Position numbers and translations under genes: made by a program. Source: Gammaproteobacteria bacterium (GTDB taxonomy: Bacteria > Pseudomonadota > Gammaproteobacteria > Ga0077536). From it: DNA of 64,000 nt. Of this stretch, positions 50,861 through 63,300 are shown piece after piece. Where the stretch lies: contig CAXXLL010000003.1 of the NCBI GenBank assembly GCA_963662545.2, positions 352,001 to 416,000 of the forward strand, given 5' to 3'. A model generated the notes under the pieces. It did not search any database, was not told where the DNA came from, and saw only the letters and a program-made list of their open reading frames with translations. Numbering within the stretch: position 1 is the stretch's first letter; each line of letters starts with the position of its first letter.

Positions 50861-51664
50861 ATGTCCGACGCTGCGCAATCGCTTGAAACCCAGTCGGATG
50901 TCCTATGCGAGACCGAAGACGGGATCGCGACCATCACGCTCAACCGCCCCCGGGCTTACAACACCCTGACGAGCGGCGTCATCGCCGCCCTATCCGCCCA
51001 CCTGGAAGCCCTGGCATCCAAGCCGGAGGCGCGGGTGATCATCATCGCCTCGACCGGCAAAGCATTTTCCACGGGGCACGATCTCAAGGAAATGAACGCC
51101 AACCGGAACGAGGCGTTTTATCGTCAACTACTCGGCGATTGCTCAAATATGATGCAGGCTGTCGTCGGCCAGCCCCAGCCCGTCATCGCACAGGTCCAGG
51201 GGATCGCGACCGCGGCCGGCTGCCAGTTAGTGGCGAGCTGCGATCTCGCCATTGCCGCGCGCGCCGCACGCTTTGCGACCAACGGTATTCAAAACGGCCT
51301 TTATTGCGCGACACCCCAAGTTGCCCTGAGCCGCGTGGTCGCGCGCAAGCATGCGCTCGAGATGCTCTTGACCGGGGATTTCATCGACGCCGAACGCGCT
51401 GCTGAGATCGGACTCGTCAACCGCGTGGTCGACGACGCCGTACTGGAACATGCCGCGCGCGAATTCGCCGGAAAGATCGCTGATCAATCGCAAATGGCCG
51501 TGCACCTCGGCAAAGCCTCGTTCTACCGTCAGATCAACCAGCCGCTCGACGGCGCCTACCGCAGTGGCTCGGAAGACCTCGTCTGCAACCTGCTGGCCGA
51601 GGACGGCATCGAGGGCCTCACCGCCTTTATTGAAAAGCGCAAACCGCAGTGGAAAGACCGCTGA
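50861..51664 (+). CDS. Enoyl-CoA hydratase/crotonase family
   Basis: ITLNRP, FSTGHDLKE, ATAAGCQLVASCD, AF.EKRKP.W. Confidence 0.92.
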   Translation: MSDAAQSLETQSDVLCETEDGIATITLNRPRAYNTLTSGVIAALSAHLEALASKPEARVIIIASTGKAFSTGHDLKEMNANRNEAFYRQLLGDCSNMMQAVVGQPQPVIAQVQGIATAAGCQLVASCDLAIAARAARFATNGIQNGLYCATPQVALSRVVARKHALEMLLTGDFIDAERAAEIGLVNRVVDDAVLEHAAREFAGKIADQSQMAVHLGKASFYRQINQPLDGAYRSGSEDLVCNLLAEDGIEGLTAFIEKRKPQWKDR

Positions 51665-51691
51665 CATAAACAACGAGAGGACGAAGCCCGC

Positions 51692-53341
51692 ATGAATGAC
51701 GCAGCGTCAAATCCCTACGTTCAGGATCTCGCCCAGGTCACCGCCAACCACACCCCGCTCTCACCGCTGAGCTTTCTGGAGCGCGCCGCGGCGGTCTACC
51801 CGAACCGCACGGCAGTGATCCACGGCGAGCGCCGCTCGACCTGGTCGGAAACCTTCACGCGCTGTCGTCAACTCGCATCGAGCCTGAACAAGCGCAACAT
51901 CGGCAAGGGCGACACGGTAGCCGTGATCGCGACCAATATTCCGGCGTTCTACGAAGCGCTGTTCGGGATCGCGGCCGCGGGCGCGGTCATCAACCCGATC
52001 AATATACGGCTCGACGCCGGGGCCACCGCCTTCATTCTCGATCACGGCGGCGCCAAGGTCGTACTGACCGACACCGAATTCGCGCCCGTCGTGAAAGAGG
52101 CGCTGGCACAGTGCGAAGGCAACCCCCTGGTAGTCGACATCGCGGATCCGGCCGCTGGCTGTCACGATCGACTCGGCGAGATCGAATACGAGGACTTCAT
52201 CGCCAAGGGCGATCCGGATCACCCGTGGCGCCTGCCGGAAGACGAATGGGACGCGATGGCGCTCTGCTATACCTCAGGCACGACCGGCAATCCCAAAGGC
52301 GTGGTCTACCATCACCGCGGCGCCTATCTGAACGCCATCGGTTGCACGCTCGCCTGGAACATGACGCACCACCCCGTCTATCTGTGGACGCTGCCGATGT
52401 TCCACTGCTGCGGCTGGACCTTCCCGTGGACCATCGCCGCCATGGGAGGTACAAACGTGTGCTTGCGCCGCGTCGCGGCGAAGGACATCTATGAAGCGAT
52501 CGACCGGGACAAGGTCACGCATTTCTGCGGCGCGCCGATCGTTTTGAACTTCATCGTGAACGCGAACGACGACGACAAGAAGCCGCTGCCTCATACGGTC
52601 GAAGTCATGACCGCGGGCGCCGCACCGCCGGCCGCGATCCTCAACGCGATGAAGACGGCGGGCTTTCACATCACCCACGGCTACGGCCTGACCGAAACCT
52701 ACGGGCCGGCGGTATTCAATGCGCCGCAGGACGATTGGGATGCGCTCGACGACGACGCGCTGGCAGAAAAGATGATCCGGCAGGGCGTGCGTTTTCATGT
52801 GCTCGAAGACCTCGAGGTCATGGATCCCGAGACGATGAAGCCCGTGCCGCGCGACGGCGAGACCATCGGCGAGATTATGTTCCAGGGCAACAACGTCATG
52901 AGCGGCTATCTCAAGAACAAGAAGGCGACCGACGAATCGCTCGCCGACGGGTATTTCCGCTCCGGGGATCTGGCGGTCATGCACCCGGACGGTTACCTGC
53001 AGATCAAGGATCGCTCGAAGGACATCATCATCACCGGCGGCGAGAATGTCTCCTCCATTGAGGTCGAGGACATGCTTTACAAGCACCCCGACATCCTCGA
53101 GGCGGCGGTGGTCGCGCGGCCGGACGATAAATGGGGCGAAACGCCCTGCGCCTTCGTGACTCTGAAGGACGCCGCGGACGGCGTGACCGCGGATCAGATC
53201 ATCGACTACTGCCGTGAGAACATCGCCCACTTCAAGGCGCCGAAAACGATCATATTCTGCGATCTGCCGAAGACCTCCACCGGCAAGATCCAGAAATTCA
53301 AGCTGCGTAAGCAGACTGAAGAGATGGGGTCGCTGAGTTAG
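51692..53341 (+). CDS. Acyl-CoA synthetase (AMP-forming)
   Basis: YTSGTTGNPKG, YGLTET, SGDL, DRSKDIII.GGEN, PKTSTGKIQK. Confidence 0.95.
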   Translation: MNDAASNPYVQDLAQVTANHTPLSPLSFLERAAAVYPNRTAVIHGERRSTWSETFTRCRQLASSLNKRNIGKGDTVAVIATNIPAFYEALFGIAAAGAVINPINIRLDAGATAFILDHGGAKVVLTDTEFAPVVKEALAQCEGNPLVVDIADPAAGCHDRLGEIEYEDFIAKGDPDHPWRLPEDEWDAMALCYTSGTTGNPKGVVYHHRGAYLNAIGCTLAWNMTHHPVYLWTLPMFHCCGWTFPWTIAAMGGTNVCLRRVAAKDIYEAIDRDKVTHFCGAPIVLNFIVNANDDDKKPLPHTVEVMTAGAAPPAAILNAMKTAGFHITHGYGLTETYGPAVFNAPQDDWDALDDDALAEKMIRQGVRFHVLEDLEVMDPETMKPVPRDGETIGEIMFQGNNVMSGYLKNKKATDESLADGYFRSGDLAVMHPDGYLQIKDRSKDIIITGGENVSSIEVEDMLYKHPDILEAAVVARPDDKWGETPCAFVTLKDAADGVTADQIIDYCRENIAHFKAPKTIIFCDLPKTSTGKIQKFKLRKQTEEMGSLS

Positions 53342-53391
53342 GCGGTGCGGGCTTTCTAGGAGGCGCTACCGTAGTCGAAAGCTGAGTCCGC

Positions 53392-53415
53392 ATTCGCCGG
53401 CAAGCGGGCTCCTAC
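53392..53415 (-). repeat. GTAG-type REP-like sequence between convergent genes
   Basis: Minus strand GTAGGAGCCCGCTTGCCGGCGAAT. Confidence 0.55.
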
Positions 53416-53417
53416 GT

Positions 53418-54056
53418 TCAATTGAACAACCAGGGCGCTTCCTGCTGACGGCGTGCTTCGTAGGCCTTGATCTCGTTCGCGTGGCTAAGGGTGACGCTGA
53501 CGTCGTCCATCCCTTGCAGCAGGCGCTTCTTCACGCTGTCCTCGAATTCGAAAGACAAAATTTCACCGCCCGGCGTGGTCACTGTCTGCAGCTGCAAATC
53601 GATCGCGAGCCGGTAGCCCGCGGTGGCTGCGACCTCGTTGAACAGTTGATCGATGGTCTGCGCCGGCAAGGTGATGGGTAAGAGTCCGTTCTTGCAGCAG
53701 TTGTTGAAGAAGATGTCGGCGAAGCTCGGTGCCACGACCGCGTGGATCCCGAAATCAAACAGCGCCCAGGGCGCGTGTTCGCGCGAGGAGCCGCAGCCAA
53801 AATTGTCGCGCGCGAGGAGAACCTGGGCGCCCTGGTAGCGTGCCTGGTTGAGTACGAAGTCCTCGTTCAGCGGTCGTCCGCTGCAATCCTGATCGGCCTC
53901 GCCCTTGTCGAGGTAGCGCCATTCGTCGAAGAGATACGGGCCGAAGCCGCTGCGCTTGATCGATTTCAAAAACTGCTTAGGGATAATGGCATCGGTATCG
54001 ACATTCGGCCGGTCGATGGGCACGACCAGCCCGTTCAATCGGGTGAATGCTTGCAT
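53418..54056 (-). CDS. leuD: 3-isopropylmalate dehydratase small subunit
   Basis: [27 protein letters not shown]. Confidence 0.97.
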   Translation of the reverse strand: MQAFTRLNGLVVPIDRPNVDTDAIIPKQFLKSIKRSGFGPYLFDEWRYLDKGEADQDCSGRPLNEDFVLNQARYQGAQVLLARDNFGCGSSREHAPWALFDFGIHAVVAPSFADIFFNNCCKNGLLPITLPAQTIDQLFNEVAATAGYRLAIDLQLQTVTTPGGEILSFEFEDSVKKRLLQGMDDVSVTLSHANEIKAYEARRQQEAPWLFN

Positions 54057-54062
54057 GGCTAT

Positions 54063-54224
54063 GGGACCTCTGAATAAGTCATGGTGCGTCTGAATTGTTC
54101 ATGAAATTGTGCAGATCAAGGCACGAAGCGCAGGTAATAGCGGGGACTAGGGCTAAGGTTCGTAACGTAAGGCTCCGCGATTTCATGGGCAAGGCAGATG
54201 TGCCATGACTTATTCAGAGGTTCC
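54063..54224. mobile_element. ~160-bp MITE with IS5-like ends between leuC and leuD
   Basis: IRs ACCTCTGAATAAGTCATGG / CCATGACTTATTCAGAGGT. Confidence 0.75.
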
Positions 54225-55625
54225 TTAAAGATCCCGCACGTCGACGAAGTGACCGGCGACGCCGGCCGCTGCTGCCATGGCCGGGCTGACCAAATGGGTG
54301 CGCCCGCCGCGGCCTTGCCGGCCCTCGAAATTGCGGTTGGAGGTACTCGCGCAGCGCTCGCCTTCGCCGAGTTGATCCGGGTTCATGCCGAGGCACATCG
54401 AACAGCCGGGCTCGCGCCATTCGAAGCCGGCGTCGAGGAATACCTTGTCCAGGCCTTCGGCCTCGGCCTGCTGTTTGACGAGACCGGAGCCGGGCACGAC
54501 CAGGGCAGCGTTGACGTTGGCCGCACGCTGCCGCCCTTTGACGACTTCCGCCGCGGCCCGCAGATCTTCGATACGCGAATTCGTGCACGAGCCGATGAAT
54601 ACCTTGTCGATGGAAATCTCGGTGATCAGCGTACCCGGCGCGAGGTCCATGTAGCGCAGTGCGTTCTGCATCCCGATTTTCTGAACTTCGCTGCCGGCCG
54701 CATCCGGATCCGGCACGACGCCGTTGACGGCGACCACCATCTCAGGCGAGGTCCCCCATGATACCTGCGGCTCGATGGCGGCGGCGTCAAAGGCGATCTC
54801 GCGATCGAACACCGCGTCCGGATCGGAGTGCAGATCCTGCCACGAGGCCAGCGCCCGATCCCACAGCGCGCCGTCCGGTGCATAAGGCCGCCCTTTAACA
54901 AAGTCGCGCGTGGTGTCGTCAAAGGCCATCATGCCGGCGCGGCCGCCGGCCTCGATCGACATGTTGCAGACCGTCATGCGCCCCTCCATGCTCATCGAGG
55001 CGATCGTCTCGCCCGCATACTCGAGGGTGTGGCCGGTCGCGCCTGCCGTGCCGATCACGCCGATGATGTGTAACACCAAATCCTTGGGCGTGACGCCGCG
55101 CCCAAGCGCGCCGTGGATGGTGATGCGCATATTCTTCGCCTTGCGCAAGATCAGACACTGGGTTGCCATGACATGCTCAACCTCGGAGCTGCCGATGCCG
55201 AACGCAAGCGCCGCCAATGCGCCATTGGTCGCGGTGTGCGAATCGCCGCAGACGATGGTCATGCCGGGCAGACTCCAGCCCTGCTCGGGCCCGGTAACGT
55301 GCACGATACCCTGGCGCACATCGCCGATGTCATGGTGCGTGATGCCGTGTTCGGCGCAGTTCTTTGACAGCATGTCGAGCTGCTTGCGCGCGATCGGATC
55401 GGTGATGTTGGTGACGTCGCGCGTCGGCACATTGTGATCGGAGACCGCTTTGGTCGCTCGTGCGCGCCACAGGCCGCGACCGGCGAGTTTCAGCGCCTCG
55501 AACGCCTGCGGCGTCGTCACTTCGTGCGCGATGTGCCGATCGATATAGACCAGTGCCGTACCGTCGTCGAATGGGCACACGACATGCGCTTCCCAGAGCT
55601 TGTCGTATAAGGTCTTACCATGCAT
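54225..55625 (-). CDS. leuC: 3-isopropylmalate dehydratase large subunit
   Basis: [42 protein letters not shown]. Confidence 0.97.
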   Translation of the reverse strand: MHGKTLYDKLWEAHVVCPFDDGTALVYIDRHIAHEVTTPQAFEALKLAGRGLWRARATKAVSDHNVPTRDVTNITDPIARKQLDMLSKNCAEHGITHHDIGDVRQGIVHVTGPEQGWSLPGMTIVCGDSHTATNGALAALAFGIGSSEVEHVMATQCLILRKAKNMRITIHGALGRGVTPKDLVLHIIGVIGTAGATGHTLEYAGETIASMSMEGRMTVCNMSIEAGGRAGMMAFDDTTRDFVKGRPYAPDGALWDRALASWQDLHSDPDAVFDREIAFDAAAIEPQVSWGTSPEMVVAVNGVVPDPDAAGSEVQKIGMQNALRYMDLAPGTLITEISIDKVFIGSCTNSRIEDLRAAAEVVKGRQRAANVNAALVVPGSGLVKQQAEAEGLDKVFLDAGFEWREPGCSMCLGMNPDQLGEGERCASTSNRNFEGRQGRGGRTHLVSPAMAAAAGVAGHFVDVRDL

Positions 55626-55774
55626 GTTCAGCAAGTTTCGAGCAGGTGAAGGGGAGGCGATTCTATCATCCCGGCCAGTTTGACGGTCAGCGGAACTCGG
55701 TTACACTGCGCGCGTCCAAATCATCACGGCGCAGTCGTGATGGCAACTCTCAAGATTTTCACCCAACGAACCCG

Positions 55775-56284
55775 ATGAAACTGTCGAGCACACTTCCGAT
55801 CCTGGCATTCGTGCTGATCGTGACGGCCGGGCCGGCGCGGGCCGACTTCAACGACGGGGTGGTGGCGCTCATGAGCGGCAATTACGACACGGCGCTCGCC
55901 ACCTTTGTACCCCTCGCGGAGGCGTCCGATCATGCCTACGCCCAATATTTCCTCGGCCGCATGTACGCCGTCGGCCAGGGCGTGGAGCAAGATCTCGAGA
56001 CGGCCGCCGGGTGGTATCGCAAAGCGGCGGAGAAAGGCGTGGGCGATGCCCAATATCGACTCGGCGCACTTTACGAGCGCGGTAAGGGCGTGCCCGGTGA
56101 CCTGGAATACGCCTATGGCTGGTACAGCGTAGCGGCTCACGTCGGCAACGCGAAGGGCGCCGATGCGCTTAAAAAGGTGGCCGCTAAGCTGTCGGATACG
56201 GAGCGGACCGAAGCGAAAAAACTCTCGCGGAACTTGATCGAGAAATACGGGGTGGTGCCGAAGAGCACCTCGCGCAAGCAGTAA
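55775..56284 (+). CDS. Exported Sel1-repeat protein
   Basis: Signal peptide; AQY.LG.MY..G.GV.QD...A..WY.KAA repeats. Confidence 0.88.
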   Translation: MKLSSTLPILAFVLIVTAGPARADFNDGVVALMSGNYDTALATFVPLAEASDHAYAQYFLGRMYAVGQGVEQDLETAAGWYRKAAEKGVGDAQYRLGALYERGKGVPGDLEYAYGWYSVAAHVGNAKGADALKKVAAKLSDTERTEAKKLSRNLIEKYGVVPKSTSRKQ

Positions 56285-56299
56285 TCGGCGGCGCGAAAT

Positions 56300-56584
56300 T
56301 CAGATTTTCAGATCGATGTAGGCGCCCATGGCGGTCGATCCGTCGGCGCCGCCCATCCGCCGGATCATAGAAGACAGTAACTCCGCCGACGGCGACAGCG
56401 CCGGGTGCGCAATGATTGGTCGCATAGCTTCGCGGAATTGCAATCGATCACGGGATCGGCCGCGGCTGGGAGAATCCGGTGCCGTATCGATCGACGTGGG
56501 GCGCGTGTCCACGCCGGTACGCGGCCGGGCAGCTACTGTATCGTAGGTCCAGCGGCGGTCGTCGATTCCGATATTTTCAATCAT
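56300..56584 (-). CDS. Hypothetical protein
   Basis: 94-aa ATG ORF downstream of sapC, ending G.YID..I. Confidence 0.5.
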   Translation of the reverse strand: MIENIGIDDRRWTYDTVAARPRTGVDTRPTSIDTAPDSPSRGRSRDRLQFREAMRPIIAHPALSPSAELLSSMIRRMGGADGSTAMGAYIDLKI

Positions 56585-56604
56585 GGTAGCTTGCGTGCCC
56601 AGCT

Positions 56605-57372
56605 CTACTGCCTGGTCTGACCGGCTGCCTCGTCACTTGCCGCCGTCCCGGCCAGCCCCATCAGGCGGTCGATATTAGACAGCGAATGCATGTGCCGATA
56701 GATCAGATCCAGATAATCCTTGTCGAGCAACTCCTTCAATTTTTCCGCGGAAAGGGTCTTTAGCTTCTCGCGCGTTACCGCGAAAAAACCCGACAGGGAA
56801 AAGCTCTCTCCCGAGTTCAGCGAAATGTTGGCCTGCATCGAATCCAACAATCCAGCCTCATCGATCATGCCACAGAAGTGGCTGGTGATGAGCGTGTGAT
56901 TATGGAAGTCCTGTAGGAATTTAACAGAGTTTGACAATAGATCTCCGTGTTCACCGTCGTCGGTAATCAACTGCTGGCCTTCCTGCGCGGTGTTGAAACC
57001 TGAATAGGCTTCATCGATACAAACCGTGAATTCTTCGCTTTCCTCCGATGCCCGGGCCAGTATGAATGGATACCGGCGCACATAAGCCGGCACGTAATTC
57101 GCGCGCCAACTGCCGCGCTCGTCAATCATAAGATTTTGATCGCGTTTCAATCCCAGTACGACTGCGGGAATCGCCTTGCCGTCGCCGGCGCGCGCGAACA
57201 CGATTGCGTATTCGCGCGCCGCGATCGCGAACTCACTGGCGGCGATGAATACCGAGTTGCTGTTGGCCGCGAACGAGTAGCCCTGGTCGGCGTCGACGAA
57301 CCAACCCTTGTGACGCTCGCGGCTCAGTGCCACGACGTTCCGATAAAACATCGGGAGCTGCGGATCGGGCAT
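56605..57372 (-). CDS. SapC-family protein
   Basis: EF..AAREY.IVF, LGL...QNL, W.A.YVPAYVRRYPF, H..SL. Confidence 0.88.
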   Translation of the reverse strand: MPDPQLPMFYRNVVALSRERHKGWFVDADQGYSFAANSNSVFIAASEFAIAAREYAIVFARAGDGKAIPAVVLGLKRDQNLMIDERGSWRANYVPAYVRRYPFILARASEESEEFTVCIDEAYSGFNTAQEGQQLITDDGEHGDLLSNSVKFLQDFHNHTLITSHFCGMIDEAGLLDSMQANISLNSGESFSLSGFFAVTREKLKTLSAEKLKELLDKDYLDLIYRHMHSLSNIDRLMGLAGTAASDEAAGQTRQ

Positions 57373-57374
57373 TG

Positions 57375-60300
57375 TCAGAAGCGCCGGTGCAGGGTCGGCA
57401 ATACGACAGCTCCCTGCCACTCGACGTTGCCGAAGCGATCGAGGCGCACGGCGCCCGCGAACTCATTGACGCGGTCGCGCTTCATGAGATCGTTCGTCAG
57501 CGAATCGTCCAGCTCCTCTTCGAATTCCTCAAAATCGGAATCGTCGAACACGGGCTCCTCATCGAGGTCGATTGTCTCGGGCTCGGGCGTCACCTCCGGC
57601 GTCGTTTCGACGGCGGCCGGCTCTTCGAGGGTCTCGAGAGCTTCGTCGATATCCTCGAATTCGTCCGCGGGTATTTCCGCTTCGATGTCGGCCGGCTGTT
57701 CGATCGGCTCGAACTCCGGAATTTCCTCGACCGGCTCCACTTCGACGGGCTCCAGGACTTCTTCGGCCTCGAAAACGTCGTCGAAATCGAAGCCGGCGTC
57801 ATCGCCGAATTCCAAGGCCTCTTGGCGCGCGTTGTACTCGGCAAGCTGTACCCGGTATTGCTCGAAGTTCGCGAGCTCAATCTGCAGGCGCTCCTTCAAG
57901 TTCTGGGCTTCGGCCAGATCGATCGCGTCTGCCGCCACTTCCTGATCGAGAAATTCGATACGCCGCTTGATCTCGACGATAAACGCTTCGAGCTCTTCCT
58001 CGGTGACCGTAGGCGCGCACCCCTCGGCCTCTTCGCATTGCTCGAGCGACTGGGCGATGCCCTCGCCGATGATGCCAAAGAGGGTGAGTTCCTCCTCAAA
58101 GGCCGAGGAGTCGAGGAAGAAGAGGCGCAGGATCGTCAGCACGGCGGCCGGGTTGAAGATCGACACCGTGGTCTGGGCGGTACCCGTGACACTGCTGAAT
58201 GAGCCGCCGGCTTGTATCAAATCCGCTATACCCTGCAGGATACTCAAGGAATCCGTGTTGATGCCGGAGTTCGTATTAGCGTTCGACTGCACGTTGAAAC
58301 TGACGTTACTGTCTGCGGTTGAACTCTGGGTCAACAGGATCGGGCCGTTAGCGAGATCGAGGATGATGTTGTCAGAGTTTTCGACGGCGTCCGTTGCTGC
58401 GAACAAGGCGGCGCCGCCCCTGATCGTTATCGTGTCGTTGTCGGGCGCACGGATAAATCCGGTCGCTGCGTCAGCGCCGAGTCCGTCGTTCGCAGCCACG
58501 AGTTGATCGCCGAGCGCGATCAAGGCCACATCGCCCTGCCCTGCCGCGCCCGCCGCCACGACGATATCGGTCAGGACAGTGGTTGGGGCGAAATCGATAT
58601 TGCTGCCGATTATGAGGATATTGCCGCCTGTCTCAAAAGGCTCCGCGATGGTAATCTGATCAGCGTTCGGCGCCACGCCTGCTGGGGTCGAAGTGAGCGA
58701 AAGCACCTGGCCGTCGAATACGGGTGTGGCCGTAGTCCCGGGCACGAATTCGGCGCCAATAGACAGGAAGCCGAGGAAGCCGCCGAACTTGTTTGCCGAT
58801 ATGTGTCCGGCACCGTCGGTGAGGTCGATGAAAATGTCCCGGGGTACCGTCGTCGGTACGATGTTCAATACGTCCGCCGTCCCGGACGTGACCTGATTAT
58901 TGAAATCCCAGATGTCCGTCGATGACGACAACAGCACGTTGCCGCTGAAGTTGGTCACGCCGTTGAAAACAAGGTTGGCACCAGATAGATCGCCGCCGAG
59001 TTGTGTCGCGCCGCCGTAGGTTTGATTGCCTGTCGACGTGGCGTCACCGGTGATGCTGACCGCGTTATTGAACGTCAAGGCGCCAACGGTTGCGGTTACG
59101 TCACCATTGATGAAGGTCGTACCGGCGTAGTTTTGACTGCCGCCGGAGGTCACGCTGAGATAGTTCGCCGTTCCCCCGCCCCCTGAGCCTGAGCTGAACG
59201 TTCCGTCGACCGTCAGCGGCCCGGTGAGATTGATACCGCCGCCCGTCGCGGCGATTGCCAGGTTGCCGGTAGCGTCTGGTGGAGATGCGGGGCCGATAAC
59301 ACCGTTGACTGCGTTGATGCGCAAACCGAGCGCTCCGACGATGAACCCGGTCGACGTGGCGCCGATATTAGTGTTGGCAGTCAGTGTGACCTGAGGCGCA
59401 GTAAAGGTACCGCCGATGCTGAATCCCGTATTAGGCATATCCAGCACGCTATTGGCTGTCGCGGTCAGATTCTCGACGCCGGTAAACCGAACCCGGGCAA
59501 GCGTGTTGCCCGGATCGCGCACGAACCCGGCGTTGTTCCCATCGATCAACCAGTCGGCGGCCACCTGCGAAATGATGGTATCGCTGCCGGCGCCCAGGTT
59601 GAGTTGGTTTGCATCGGTCGTATCGGTGGGTGCCACCGTCAGCGTTATGACGTCGGCGCCCGCGCCGGTATTCAAAATTTCTATTTCAAAGAAGCCCGTA
59701 CCCGTAAAACTGTTGGTGGCACTGGTCAGGCTGGCCGGCGCAATCGACGTGATCTCCGCGGTTACCGCGGTCGCCGTGTTGATCGTATCCGAGCCCGGAC
59801 CGCCCATAATCGACCCGCCCCAGGCCGCCGCGAAATTGAACGTATCGGCGCCGGCATCGGTGAAGGTTCCACCGCCGATATTGGAGTCGATATCAGTAAT
59901 GTTCAACAGTTGTGTGACGCGCGCGCCGGTCGGCGTCGTGGCGTCGACTTGCATCGCGCCTTCGATATCGAAAATGTCATTACCGATGGAGCCCATAAGG
60001 AAGTTGCCGGTCACGAACCCACCGCCGTTGAAGCCCGTGATCGTGCCTACCGGGGCCAATGGGTCTCCCCTGAGCTGCCCGGTCACGTCGAAGATTACGT
60101 AATCGTCGCCACCTTGAGCCTGAATGTTGAAAGCGGTGAAGTTGTTGGTCGCGATCGCGGCCAGTGTCGGGCCGTAAGTCCCGGTATCCTGACTGGTGAT
60201 ATGCCAGTACGTATCGCCTGGTCCGGGCGGTCCGATGAGCGTTCCCAGACTATTGCCGATGAAGTTGTTTACACCGGCAAATCCGTTTGCCGGAGAGGGT

Positions 60301-63300
60301 CCGATCAAATCCGGGGGCGCGGAAAAGCCGCCAATGGTGCCACTTTGTTCACCGAGCACGACAGTGTTGATCTCCAACAACTGCACGAGGGACGAACCGC
60401 TGTAATCGATGGTGTCGCTGCCGGCGCCGAGATCGACCGAGCCGACGAGGGTCGATGTGTCGGCTCCCGGGGGGGAGCCTGTCGGCGTGCCGAACTGGAC
60501 TTCATCATTATCCGCACCACCGTCGATCACGACCGTGGTCCCGGAGGGTGTCGACAAGACCGAGTTGCCGGTGATCTTGAAGGTGTCATTGCCGGCATTG
60601 CCGATCAGTTGATTAACGCTGAAACTGACGTTGACGTTGAAGGTGTCGTCATTGCCGGCGCCATCGGCATTTCCGCTTAACGAACCGCCGTTGAAATTAA
60701 ACGTGTCCATTCCCGCCGAACCGGTCAGGTTTTCTATATTTTGCCAGGTTGTGACGGACGCTGAGCCGCCGCTATTCGGGCCCGTGACCGTATAAACCGT
60801 GTCCCCGGTCAGCAGATCGCCCGCCCCATGGCCCAGACCGTCCATCGTGCCCGAGAGACTCCCCGCGCCCGCGTTCACCGTAAACACGTCGTCGCCGCCC
60901 GTCCCCGACAGGTTCTCAATCTCAGCGAAGCCGCCCGAGACCTCGCCCGAGGTGCCCAAATCACCGCCCGTTAACGTGTAGTCGTTACTGCCTATCAGCG
61001 TGTCATTGTCCGTGCTGCTGCCCGCACCCGAGCCACCGTTGATCGCACCGGTCAGCGTGAACGTCGCGAGATTGAAGGTATCCGCCGCGTCACCGCCTAA
61101 GAGGTTCGCCGCACTCGCGCTCCCCGCCAGGGTGAAGCTGTCATCCCCATTCAAGCCACTCGCGTCGCCCGTCAGCACCGAGCCCGCGTTGAATGTGAAA
61201 CTGTCCGCTGCCGCCGTCCCCGTCAGGTTCTCAACCTCCGCAAAGCCACCCGAGACGTTCGTCGAGGTGCCCGTGTCCGTGCCCGTGCCCGTGACGATGT
61301 AGTTGTTGCTGCCTGTCAGCGTGTCGTTGTCCGTACTGCTGCCCGCACCCGAGCCACCGTTGATCGCACCCGTCAGCGTGAACGTCGCGAGATTGAAGGT
61401 ATCCGCCGCGTCACCGCCCAACAGGTTCGCCGCGCTCGCACTCCCCGCCAGGGTGAAACTGTCGTCGCCGTTCAAACCGCTCGCATCGCCTGTCAACACC
61501 GAGCCCGCGTTGAACGTGAAACTGTCCGCTGCCGCCGTCCCCGTCAGGTTCTCAACCTCCGCAAAGCCGCCCGAGACGTTCGTCGTCGTACCCGTGTCCA
61601 TGCCCGTGACGATGTAGTTGTTGCTGCCTGTCAGCGTGTCGTTGTCCGTACTGCTGCCCGCACCCGAGCCGCCGTTGATCGCACCCGTCAGCGTGAACGT
61701 CGCGAGATTGAAGGTATCCGCCGCGTCACCGCCTAAGAGGTTCGCCGCACTCGCGCTCCCCGCCAGGGTGAAGCTGTCATCCCCATTCAAGCCACTCGCG
61801 TCGCCCGTCAGCACCGAGCCCGCGTTGAATGTGAAACTGTCCGCTGCCGCCGTCCCCGTCAGGTTCTCAACCTCCGCAAAGCCACCCGAGACGTTCGTCG
61901 AGGTGCCCGTGTCCGTGCCCGTGACGATGTAGTTGTTGCTGCCTGTCAGCGTGTCGTTGTCCGTACTGCTGCCCGCACCCGAGCCACCGTTGATCGCACC
62001 CGTCAGCGTGAACGTCGCGAGATTGAAGGTATCCGCCGCGTCACCGCCCAACAGGTTCGCCGCGCTCGCACTCCCCGCCAGGGTGAAACTGTCGTCGCCG
62101 TCCAGGCCGCTCGCGTCGCCCGTCAGCACCGAGCCTCCGTTGAACGTGAAACTGTCCGCACCCGAGGTCCCCGTCAGGTTCTCGATGCCCTGCCAGCCGG
62201 CTGCCATGCCGCCGTTTATATCGGGTGAAGTGCCCACACCCGAACCGGTAATAACGTAAGTACCGCTGCCCTGCAGGGTATCCGTATCAACGCCTCCCCC
62301 GATCGTGCCGGTCCAATTGCTGGCCGCGACGTTGAAGATGTTTACGTCGCTTCCGGCGCCGTCAAAGGTACCGCCTACGGTCAGATCGCCGGCAAGCGCA
62401 TCAATATTGTTGATCGTGGTGAACGACGCGGTGCCACCGTTACCGCCGACATCGACGGTGATATTAAGTGCCGTCAATCCAGTAATCGTAAACGTGTCCG
62501 GATTAATGCTCCCCATGAGCGTGTTGACGCCCGTACTGCCGCCGCCGTCGGCGGCGTTGGTGAGCGCGCCGTCCGGTTCGAATATGAAGAGGTCCAAGGC
62601 GTCGCCGCCTTGGATGGCAATAATGCTCGAGAATTGCATCTGATCCGTTGTCGGCGAGTTACCGTTCAGGACGAAGTCCTCAAGTTCCTGCAGGCTCCGG
62701 GCGGCAACGACAGCATCCGTTCCGTTAATGAGCCAGTAGGTATCGACGGCGTTGCCGAAGGGCGAGATGGTGCCGCCCGACGCGTTGGGAATGAGGTCGG
62801 CGTCGTTCCAACCGCCGGAGATCAACGGCGGATCGCCAGCGATACCGACGAACGTTCCCGGTCCCGTATTCCAGGTGTTTTGAATCACCGAGCCGGAAAA
62901 GTCGATGACGTCGTCGTCGCCCGCCCCGCCTTCCCTGCCGCCTTCCAGCATACCCACGATGTGCGGCTTACCGTTGGTGAAATTGAAGGTATTGTCGTCG
63001 GTGGAGTCCATGGGGTTCGTGATGTCGAAACCGTAGACATCACCGGTGAAGGTCATCAGACCGCCGCCGCCGTTGAAATTGAAGGTATCGTTGTCGTCGC
63101 CGCCGAACAGGTTGGCGGCCGCTGTGGACGAAGTGGCTCCCGACCCGGTGATATTGAATATATCGTTACCGCCCAGCGCGCTGGCCGTACCGGCGAGTTC
63201 ACCGCCGGCGGTAAAGGTGAAGGTATCGACGCCCGCGGTGCCGGTGAGGTTCTCGATAGCCGTCCAGGCGTTCACGCCGCCGGATGATCCGGAAAACATC

